Of a DNA stretch of 53,737 nt, positions 46,712-53,737 are shown piece after piece. Made by a program: the position numbers and the translations under genes. The notes below the pieces were generated by a model. That model did no database searches and had not been told where the DNA came from. It saw nothing but the letters and a program-made list of their open reading frames with translations. How positions within the stretch are numbered: position 1 is the first letter of the stretch; each line of letters begins with the position of its first letter. Origin of the DNA: Pseudomonadota bacterium (lineage in GTDB: Bacteria; Pseudomonadota; Alphaproteobacteria; Rhizobiales; Segnochrobactraceae); assembly GCA_023442215.1 (NCBI GenBank), contig JAEZMP010000216.1, positions 1 to 53,737 on the forward strand, read 5' to 3'.

Positions 46712-47091
46712 TGCAGTGGCTTCTCTCCATCATCCCCTGGTGGCTCTATGCCATCTGCGCCGTGGCCGCCTATGTCGCGGCCCGGCGCTATCTCGGCGAG
46801 AAGATCGCCCTCCTCTATGCCATCGCCGCCGCGGCCTGGGTGGCGATGGACTATGGCGGCGACGCCCGGGAGGCTTGGCTTCGCGAGGGCGGCCAGGTCG
46901 CCGTCGATCAGGCGGACGCCGCGGCCGCAGGCGCATCTGCCGCCCACGCCTCCGCGCTTCAATCCCAGCTCGATCAACAGGCACGCAAGCTCAAGGAGGC
47001 GACCGATGCGCTGGAATCTCTTGCCGGCCGTCCCGGCTGCTCTGCTGATGATGTCCTTGACCGGCTGCCAGGATGGGGTGGCCGGCCTTAA
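46711..47091 (+). CDS. Inner spanin (Rz-like)
   Basis: N-terminal TM segments, coiled coil, C-terminal Cys. Confidence 0.65.
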   Translation: MQWLLSIIPWWLYAICAVAAYVAARRYLGEKIALLYAIAAAAWVAMDYGGDAREAWLREGGQVAVDQADAAAAGASAAHASALQSQLDQQARKLKEATDALESLAGRPGCSADDVLDRLPGWGGRP

Positions 47092-47272
47092 GCGGTCCCT
47101 GCCGCCGCTGCCGGCCGCCTGCAAGCCCGTCGATTCGCCGGTGATTCCGCGCGGAACTGACGCAAGGGTGGCCCTCGCCAGGGTCGGGGCCGCCTTCCTT
47201 CAGGCCAATGGCCATCTCGCCGCGTGCCGCGACTGGTACGAGGCGGTGCGCGCTCAGTTCGCGAAGGGGTAA
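47006..47272 (+). CDS. Outer spanin lipoprotein (Rz1-like)
   Basis: AAGGAGG RBS, lipobox LTGC, Pro-rich, overlaps the 3' end of Rz. Confidence 0.72.
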   Translation: MRWNLLPAVPAALLMMSLTGCQDGVAGLKRSLPPLPAACKPVDSPVIPRGTDARVALARVGAAFLQANGHLAACRDWYEAVRAQFAKG

Positions 47273-47275
47273 CGC

Positions 47276-47623
47276 GTGGCCGATCTTCCGCCCGAGCCGA
47301 CAATCCTCGGCATCAAGCTCGCCCACCTCGTCGCCGGCGCCGCCGGCGGCCTTGCTCGCTCCCTGACTAATCCAGGAGGGTCGATCATGCGCCACATCAC
47401 GACGGCCGTCGTCGGCACCATCGTGGCGGGCTATGGGACGCCAGCCGCCGCTGCTGTGACCGCCCGATATTTTGGGGTGCCGGATATCCCCGTCGCCTCC
47501 ATGGAGGGCATGGTCGGGTTCGTCCTCGGCCTCATCGGAATGTCGCTGTGCGAGGCGCTGCTGCGTTGGGCGCGCATCTGGCGTGATGGGCCGCCGCCCG
47601 CGCTTCCGCCTCCCATTTCCTGA
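47276..47623 (+). CDS. Putative holin
   Basis: 115 aa with two to three hydrophobic helices, in lysis cassette. Confidence 0.7.
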   Translation: MADLPPEPTILGIKLAHLVAGAAGGLARSLTNPGGSIMRHITTAVVGTIVAGYGTPAAAAVTARYFGVPDIPVASMEGMVGFVLGLIGMSLCEALLRWARIWRDGPPPALPPPIS

Positions 47624-48035
47624 GACCGCCGTTGCGCCAGGAGGAGCTTGGACCGCCGCCTGCTCCATGGCATCCCCAACTAAGCCGCTCTCCTTCGAGA
47701 GTGAAGGGTCCTTTTTGCGTCAACGCCCCTACGGCGGTTCCAATCCTAAACTGTGGATCTCATCTCCATCAAACTGAGCAACCGCGCTGCAAGCTCCGAC
47801 CAAACAATTGGGAGGCGCTCAGAGCCGATGCAAGTGCACTCTGAAGACGGTGATCACTTTGAGTTTGGAACCACTAGGCGAACCGGGTTATGCCGGACTA
47901 GCACTGGTGGCATGCTGAAATGCAGCACCCGGCCCATCGTGGCCAACTGAACCCGATAGGAGGTCGGCTACCGTTGTGTTTCGATGGATTGCCGGAAAGG
48001 ATCGGGCGAGGGATTCGGTTAGACAGAGGGACGAG

Positions 48036-49199
48036 ATGCGCATCGCAGGATTGTTCGCAGGCATCGGAGGGCTAGAGGCCGGCTTAGCTGCCGCGGGCCA
48101 TGAGACCACCTTGCTCTGTGAGATCTGGGATCCTGCGCGCGCCGTCCTTTCCGCCAAGTTTCCAAACGTTGATCTCCGGCGCGACGTTGTAGACCTTCCC
48201 GACCTGCCCGCCACTACCGAAGCGCTGGTCGCGGGCTTCCCCTGCCAAGACCTCAGCCAGGCCGGCCTGACGGCTGGAATCGTCGGCCAACGCTCGGGTC
48301 TTGTAGGGCACGTCTTCCGTCTGCTCGACCGTCAACGAGTGCCTTGGGTCATCCTTGAGAATGTATCCTTCATGCTCCAGCTAGACCGAGGCCGCGGTAT
48401 GCGGACTTTGGTGGAGGCGTTCGAGGAGCGCGGTTATCGCTGGGCCTACCGCGTTGTAAATTCACGGGCCTTCGTACCTCAGCGTCGCGAGCGCGTAGTC
48501 GTAGTTGCAACTCTGACGGACGTGGACCCTGCGTCAATTCTATGCGTCGACGACGTCGAGGCGCCGAAAGCACCGACCTCGCTCGACACCCACGCACATG
48601 GCTTTTACTGGACCGAGGGAATCCGTGGCCTCGGATGGGCGCCGGACGCAATTCCGACGCTCAAGAATGGCTCGACTGTGGGCATTGCATCGCCACCCGC
48701 GATTCTCATGCCCGACGGCAGAGTTGTGACGCCAGACATTCGTGACGCCGAACGGCTCCAGGGCCTCGAAGCGGACTGGACTGAGCCGGCGGAGGCAATC
48801 GCGCGGCGTTCGATTCGTTGGTCGCTTGTTGGCAATGCGGTGACCCGACCGGTAGCTGCCTGGCTAGGGGGGAGATTGCAGCGCCCTGGCGCATACGATC
48901 CTGCTCGGGATCGCCCCGTTCCAGCAGATGGTCGCTGGCCGCGATCAGCTCGCTTTGACGGTAAGCGGCGCCACCTGATCGAAATCGGCGCCTACCCTGT
49001 CTGGCGCGAACGCGATCCCCTAGCCGATTTCTTAAAGTTCCCCGGCAAGCCACTCTCTGCGAGGGCCACCCGTGGGTTTCTGTCGAGGACCGAGCGAAGC
49101 CAACTGCGCTTTATGCCAGGCTTCCGCGAGCGGGTCAGGGCACACCTCAACTCCGTCGAACGGATCGATGCCGATGCGCTGGCGATCGCGGCGGAGTGA
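48036..49199 (+). CDS. dcm: DNA cytosine-5 methyltransferase (cargo)
   Basis: LFAGIGG, GFPCQD, LENV, PQRRER, ERLQG, GNAV. Confidence 0.92.
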   Translation: MRIAGLFAGIGGLEAGLAAAGHETTLLCEIWDPARAVLSAKFPNVDLRRDVVDLPDLPATTEALVAGFPCQDLSQAGLTAGIVGQRSGLVGHVFRLLDRQRVPWVILENVSFMLQLDRGRGMRTLVEAFEERGYRWAYRVVNSRAFVPQRRERVVVVATLTDVDPASILCVDDVEAPKAPTSLDTHAHGFYWTEGIRGLGWAPDAIPTLKNGSTVGIASPPAILMPDGRVVTPDIRDAERLQGLEADWTEPAEAIARRSIRWSLVGNAVTRPVAAWLGGRLQRPGAYDPARDRPVPADGRWPRSARFDGKRRHLIEIGAYPVWRERDPLADFLKFPGKPLSARATRGFLSRTERSQLRFMPGFRERVRAHLNSVERIDADALAIAAE

Positions 49200-49251
49200 G
49201 AGCGACGCAATGCCCAACTGAGCGCAACAAGGCAGTCTGCGGAGAACGACG

Positions 49252-50817
49252 GTGTCAGAGGGAACCGACGAGGAATTGGATCGCAATCGCCTTGCACTCC
49301 GCGAGCTCGGGAATCTGCTCGGCACGGTCGACCTTAGTGCCCCGAGCGCCAACAAGTTCGACCAAACCCGAGCCTGGATTGCCGCCCGAACGGGACAACA
49401 ACCGCAGAATGTTGCCGTCTACTGGGTCAGTAAGCCCGGCAACTTTGACGTTCGGTTCCGGCAACCGGGAGTGCTACGAGACCAGCCGGTCTTGGGCGTC
49501 GCGCTCGTGCCTATGGGCAAAAACCTAGAGGCATATAGAAAGCCCGCCCAGCGCCTCGTCCAGAATGGGCCCTTTCACGCACTCGCGATATGTGTGCGAA
49601 CCGCTGACGGCTGGGAAGGGATGGCCGCCTACGTTCGGGAGAATTCAGATGTGGACGCGACCGCTGGAGGGCTAATCGACCCGGATCGTGTGGAAGCGAT
49701 TGTGGATTCTTCGCAACGACCCGACGAAGAAGTGGAAGGGTTCGACGGACCTTTGCCAACGGTTGGCTGGGGCGAGTATCCACTTGATGCGGTCTTTGTC
49801 CGAACCGAGACACGAACGGTCACGGAAGTGGTGAAGCGGATCCGCGCAGGACGTTATCAACTCGACCCGGATTTCCAGCGTGATTTCGTCTGGTCTCAGA
49901 CCAAGCAAAGCCGGTTAATTGAATCTTGTATGATGCGGATCCCTCTCCCAGTCTTCTATGTTGCTGAAGCCAAGGATGGCAGTATTATAGTGGTTGATGG
50001 CCTCCAGCGTTTGACTACTTTCGCCCGCTATCTAGATGACGGATTTACGCTAATCGGTCTGGATGATCCCGAGCGAAATGTGCGCCATCCACTGTCGGGC
50101 CTACGTTTTTCCGATCTACCGGTAGCGCTAGCCGAGCGAATTGAAGACACGCAATTGACCCTCTATGTGCTAGATGCCAAGGCCCCTGAGAGAGCCAAGC
50201 TGGACATCTTTGAACGGGTTAACAGTGGCGTTCCGCTCAGCCGGCAGCAGATGAGGAATTGCCTCTTCAATGGACCTGCCACCACGTGGTTGAGGGAGGC
50301 TGGGCAAAGCGCGACGTTTTTGGAAGCGACTGGGAAATCGCTTGATCCGAAAACAATGCGCGATCGGGAGGCAATCAACCGATTTTGTGCGTTCTACCTG
50401 CTCGATTGGAAGAGCTACCGGACCGGCGACATGGACGGTTTCCTTGCGCAAGCACTGGAGCGTATGAATGAGGCCGGGACCGAAGAGCTGCAGTCACTCT
50501 CGCATGCATTTTCAAGGTCAATGAAGGCGAACCTCTTCCTGTTCGGAAAACATGCCTTCCGCAAGTCGTTGGCTGAGCCCGACATAGACGCATTTCGGAC
50601 TGTGATTAACATTGCATTGTTCGACGTGTGCTCTGTACTCCTCGCAGACGCGGATCACGGCAAAATCGTGAACAATGCGCAGGCGATCCGGAAGTGTTTT
50701 GGCGAGCTCATCGCGCAGGAGGAGTTCAACCACTCAATCACGTACTCGACCAACAGTACACGGCAAGTCCGCACCCGCTTCGAACGGGCTGTGGCAGCGA
50801 TCGAGGAGCTGTTGTGA
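49252..50817 (+). CDS. DUF262 (ParB/Srx-fold) protein, Menshen NsnA-like
   Basis: PDFQRDFVW, LIES, VDGLQRLTT, IFERVNSG. Confidence 0.85.
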   Translation: MSEGTDEELDRNRLALRELGNLLGTVDLSAPSANKFDQTRAWIAARTGQQPQNVAVYWVSKPGNFDVRFRQPGVLRDQPVLGVALVPMGKNLEAYRKPAQRLVQNGPFHALAICVRTADGWEGMAAYVRENSDVDATAGGLIDPDRVEAIVDSSQRPDEEVEGFDGPLPTVGWGEYPLDAVFVRTETRTVTEVVKRIRAGRYQLDPDFQRDFVWSQTKQSRLIESCMMRIPLPVFYVAEAKDGSIIVVDGLQRLTTFARYLDDGFTLIGLDDPERNVRHPLSGLRFSDLPVALAERIEDTQLTLYVLDAKAPERAKLDIFERVNSGVPLSRQQMRNCLFNGPATTWLREAGQSATFLEATGKSLDPKTMRDREAINRFCAFYLLDWKSYRTGDMDGFLAQALERMNEAGTEELQSLSHAFSRSMKANLFLFGKHAFRKSLAEPDIDAFRTVINIALFDVCSVLLADADHGKIVNNAQAIRKCFGELIAQEEFNHSITYSTNSTRQVRTRFERAVAAIEELL

Positions 50818-51983
50818 TGTTGGACAGGGTCCATCTGCGTAAATTTAAGTGTTTCGAGCAACTCACGCTGCCGCTGCCGAGTCTTACGCTTCTAACCGGC
50901 TTTAATGCATCGGGAAAGTCGACATCGCTGCAGCCGCTGCTGCTCCTAGCCCAAGCTATGAGGTCAGGCAGGCCGAGCACCAGCGTTGCCCTCAATGGGC
51001 CACTCGTTCGGCTCGGTACACCCGGCGAGGTCTTCAACGAACACTCCGCCGGAAGCTCCCGAAACCTGTCGATAGGCGTCGGCGCGGACACGTTGGACGC
51101 GTGGTGGCACTTCGGTGCAGAGGACCGGAACGTCGGCTCGGCCCTTACCTTGGAGAAGTTCGAGTTCGCCAGCACCTCAGGCGGCGACCACATGATCGAC
51201 GGCTGGCCGAACCTCACCGGGCTCAAGGCCGCGCATCGGAACTTGTTGGAACACGTCCGGGAATTGGTTTTCTTGAGTGCAGTCCGGGTCGGTACCGCCG
51301 ACACTTTTCCGGCTATTGATATAACAGACCCGGTTCAAGCAGACGTCGGCGTCCAGGGCGAGTACGCTGCATGGTGGTTCCAGCGCCATCTTGACGACGA
51401 AATTGTTCCTGCTCGCAGACATCCGCGCGAGAAAGGGACGACGCTGAGGCGGCAGTTTAACGCCTGGGCGTCGGAGCTCTTCCCGGGAACCGACGCTAAC
51501 GCCCAACGCATCGCACGAACGTCTCTACTGCGGCTCGAACTCCGGACCCGTACAACTGAAGATTACCGTCGGCCCTTCAACATCGGCTACGGCCTGACTT
51601 ACGCGTTCCCTGTGCTGGTTGCTCTCTTGTTGGCGAAAGACGGGCAAACGATCGTCGTCGACAGCCCAGAGGCACACCTCCATCCTAGCGGCCAGTCCGC
51701 TATGGGTCGGATCCTTGCTACGTTTGCGGCCGCAGGCGTTCAAATCGTCGTCGAGACACACAGCGACCACCTGCTCAATGGAGTGCGGCGCGCGGCTTCG
51801 TCCAGCATCGTGTCGCCCCGCGACGTTGGGATCCACTTCTTCAGGTCCACAGAAGCTGGCGCTGACGAGCCCCGCGTAACTGCAATTTCAGTGGATGCCG
51901 CAGGTTCGTTGGATCAATGGCCATCCGGGTTCTTCGATCAGGCGGATATCGACCTCGCATCACTCGCAGGGTGGGACAGCTAG
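50817..51983 (+). CDS. AAA/ABC ATPase with DUF3696-like tail, Menshen NsnB-like
   Basis: GFNASGKST, DSPEAHLHP, ETHSDH, WPSGFFDQ. Confidence 0.88.
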   Translation: MLDRVHLRKFKCFEQLTLPLPSLTLLTGFNASGKSTSLQPLLLLAQAMRSGRPSTSVALNGPLVRLGTPGEVFNEHSAGSSRNLSIGVGADTLDAWWHFGAEDRNVGSALTLEKFEFASTSGGDHMIDGWPNLTGLKAAHRNLLEHVRELVFLSAVRVGTADTFPAIDITDPVQADVGVQGEYAAWWFQRHLDDEIVPARRHPREKGTTLRRQFNAWASELFPGTDANAQRIARTSLLRLELRTRTTEDYRRPFNIGYGLTYAFPVLVALLLAKDGQTIVVDSPEAHLHPSGQSAMGRILATFAAAGVQIVVETHSDHLLNGVRRAASSSIVSPRDVGIHFFRSTEAGADEPRVTAISVDAAGSLDQWPSGFFDQADIDLASLAGWDS

Positions 51984-51985
51984 TG

Positions 51986-52945
51986 ATGTTTTTCTTAAAC
52001 GATCTTTCGATTGATGGGCAGTTCTCAGATCCGGGCGCCTTTATATTGGAACTTCGCCGGCTGCTCGACGCCCGTGAGAGGTCTGGGCTGGTCAAGAAGA
52101 GTCTGCTCTGCTCCCGCTTGCTAGGAGATCGGCCAGCGACGGCAACCCAGACATTTCGGGCCGTGGTGCAGACGCATAGCGACAAAGATTTAAGGCAGCG
52201 GATACTAAGATGGGTCGGCCAGTCTGGCCCATTTTGGGAGGACGAACAGGCGACTGTACCCGACGATCTGTTTTATTTCAACGAAGATGACGTCACCCTA
52301 CAGGGGTTGGGTGAGGCCGCCCGCCGGCGCATCCTCGGTGCAAAAGCCGCTGTCTACAGCCTACCGGGCTCTGGCAACGGCTGCGACGCGGACCCTCTCC
52401 TGGTCACCCACGGGCTCCTTGAGGATAAGATCGGCGAAATCGAAGTACCAAACCACATTTCGGTCGAGAGCATGGAAAGCGCTGCGAAAGAAGCGTTGCC
52501 CACGCCAAAAAATTGGACTGAGTTGCTCGCTACGGTCGAGGCTGCTTTTGAGGCAGTCACCTTGTCGCAGGACATCGCGGGCGTCTTAAGACCTCACCCG
52601 TTTAGCCAAAACGTCGCCGATCGGGTCTTGGAATTGGTTGGAATACTCGATCAATTGGTCAAGAGTCGAGACGAGCGTCGCCAGTACACAGATGTTAGCT
52701 ACGGTCTAATCGCCAACTTTTTTTCTGGAAGCGCCGCAAGATTTACCGACGAATCGGCGACGAACAAGCACAAGTATCGAGCCGAAATGACGTTCCCGGA
52801 CCCCGATGCACCAGGCAGTACGGTTTTCTGCCCCTTTCACGGCAAGATCAACCAGCCTGCTTACCGGATACATATCCGGTGGCCATTGGAGGCCCAGCAC
52901 GACAAAATCCTGATCGCGTACATTGGCCCCAAGATCACGGTATGA
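51986..52945 (+). CDS. Putative effector with C-terminal RelE-like RNase fold, NsnC-like
   Basis: ES....Y...F, HGK....RIH, IAYIGPK; third gene of the operon. Confidence 0.65.
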   Translation: MFFLNDLSIDGQFSDPGAFILELRRLLDARERSGLVKKSLLCSRLLGDRPATATQTFRAVVQTHSDKDLRQRILRWVGQSGPFWEDEQATVPDDLFYFNEDDVTLQGLGEAARRRILGAKAAVYSLPGSGNGCDADPLLVTHGLLEDKIGEIEVPNHISVESMESAAKEALPTPKNWTELLATVEAAFEAVTLSQDIAGVLRPHPFSQNVADRVLELVGILDQLVKSRDERRQYTDVSYGLIANFFSGSAARFTDESATNKHKYRAEMTFPDPDAPGSTVFCPFHGKINQPAYRIHIRWPLEAQHDKILIAYIGPKITV

Positions 52946-53199
52946 GTTTTCACAGCACGCCAATTGAGCGCGCCGGGTTCGGGGCTCCAGAATGCGCGCC
53001 CATTTGTCCGAAGCGCGGCCAATCTTCCGGCGACGCGGGCAAGCGCGCGACAACTGACCTTGCGGCTCAAAGACCTGTCTTTTGGGGGCTTTTGCGTCCG
53101 TGACGGTGAGGGGACCCGAAGAAATAGCTTAATAGAATCAATGGGGCGGGATTCGCCCTCACCTGAGCTTAAGCGCTTGATATAGCCTAAAAATACGCG

Positions 53200-53218
53200 G
53201 CCCTGCCGGGGTCGCCAC
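53200..53218 (+). repeat. attR core
   Basis: Exact copy of 109-127. Confidence 0.93.
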
Positions 53219-53408
53219 GCCCAGATCTTTTTCCATCCGTCCAATATGCTTGACCGTGGCTCACGCTGTGGATGCCGCGCGGGATGGGGACCAAGCGACA
53301 GGGCTGCGGCTGCACCCGCTACCAGTTTGGCGACCAGCGGAGCATGAACGCGGACTGCCGCTGGCGCATGTCGGACGGCCAGCCCGCCGTTTCCGGGTGG
53401 CACACAGG

Positions 53409-53737
53409 CTACTTCTTGGCGCTGGCGCCCGCGTTGAACTGGTAGTTGCCCTCAAATTGGTCGAGAACGACGGTGTTGGGTGGGTTGGAGTCGGCGGTGG
53501 CCGTCAGAACCATCTCCTGGTCCAGCTTGCGTGATCTGAACTGCCATCCGGTCGGCAAGGTCAGGCGCTTGCCCAGGGTGGGCAGGTTTTCGATGGTGTT
53601 ATTGGGGTCTACCTTCAGGGACAGGCTGAACATGGTGTAGACGGCGCCCTCGGGCGTGATCAGCTCGTACACCGTTTCGCCCGCATTGAAGATCATGGCA
53701 CTGGTCCGCTTCGAGACCATCGGCCGGTAGGTCGGCA
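53409..53737 (-). CDS. Host hypothetical protein, 3' part (runs off the window)
   Basis: Open frame from window edge to stop at 53409, outside attR. Confidence 0.7.
   Translation of the reverse strand, partial: PTYRPMVSKRTSAMIFNAGETVYELITPEGAVYTMFSLSLKVDPNNTIENLPTLGKRLTLPTGWQFRSRKLDQEMVLTATADSNPPNTVVLDQFEGNYQFNAGASAKK

Larger units (their letters stand above)
109..53218. mobile_element. Prophage (lambdoid regulation, podovirus-type virion), probably defective
   Basis: Flanking 19-bp direct repeats, integrase next to tRNA, cI/cro, replication, capsid, tail and lysis genes in canonical order. Confidence 0.96.

Noticed and set aside
47868..47883. GAAC..GAAC upstream of the cargo MTase
   Set aside because: Spacer is 8 nt, not the 7 nt of the LexA box
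47624..48035. 400-bp gap before the cargo MTase as ncRNA or gene
   Set aside because: No convincing ORF or dense pairing by eye

Overview
Almost the whole window is one ~53.1 kb prophage inserted in the 3' end of an intact tRNA-Arg(UCU) gene, bounded by a 19-bp direct repeat (109-127 and 53200-53218). The host is probably a high-GC alphaproteobacterium; this is inferred from the LexA-box type and a CtrA-like gene. Gene order is: integrase; a leftward early operon (RecE/RecT, exonuclease, HNH, J-domain protein); a lambda-like cI/cro switch with matching OL/OR operator-promoters; a rightward early operon (methyltransferases, RuvC, primase, DnaB, late regulator); a podovirus-type virion module; a lysis cassette; and terminal cargo (C5 methyltransferase plus a Menshen-like trio). 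The prophage looks defective in three places: a nonsense codon in the xis-like gene, a deletion fusing half of terL to the end of the scaffold gene with no portal gene left, and a frameshift in the giant ejection protein. The most unusual signals are a ~380-nt non-coding stretch next to OL that folds into nested helices plus a perfect 10-bp pseudoknot, a second ~350-nt hairpin-dense non-coding region after the late regulator, and three intergenic GTTC-N7-GTTC LexA boxes placed in front of the DUF5131 gene, the late operon and the capsid gene. All product calls come from motifs recognised by eye; no database search or folding program was run.
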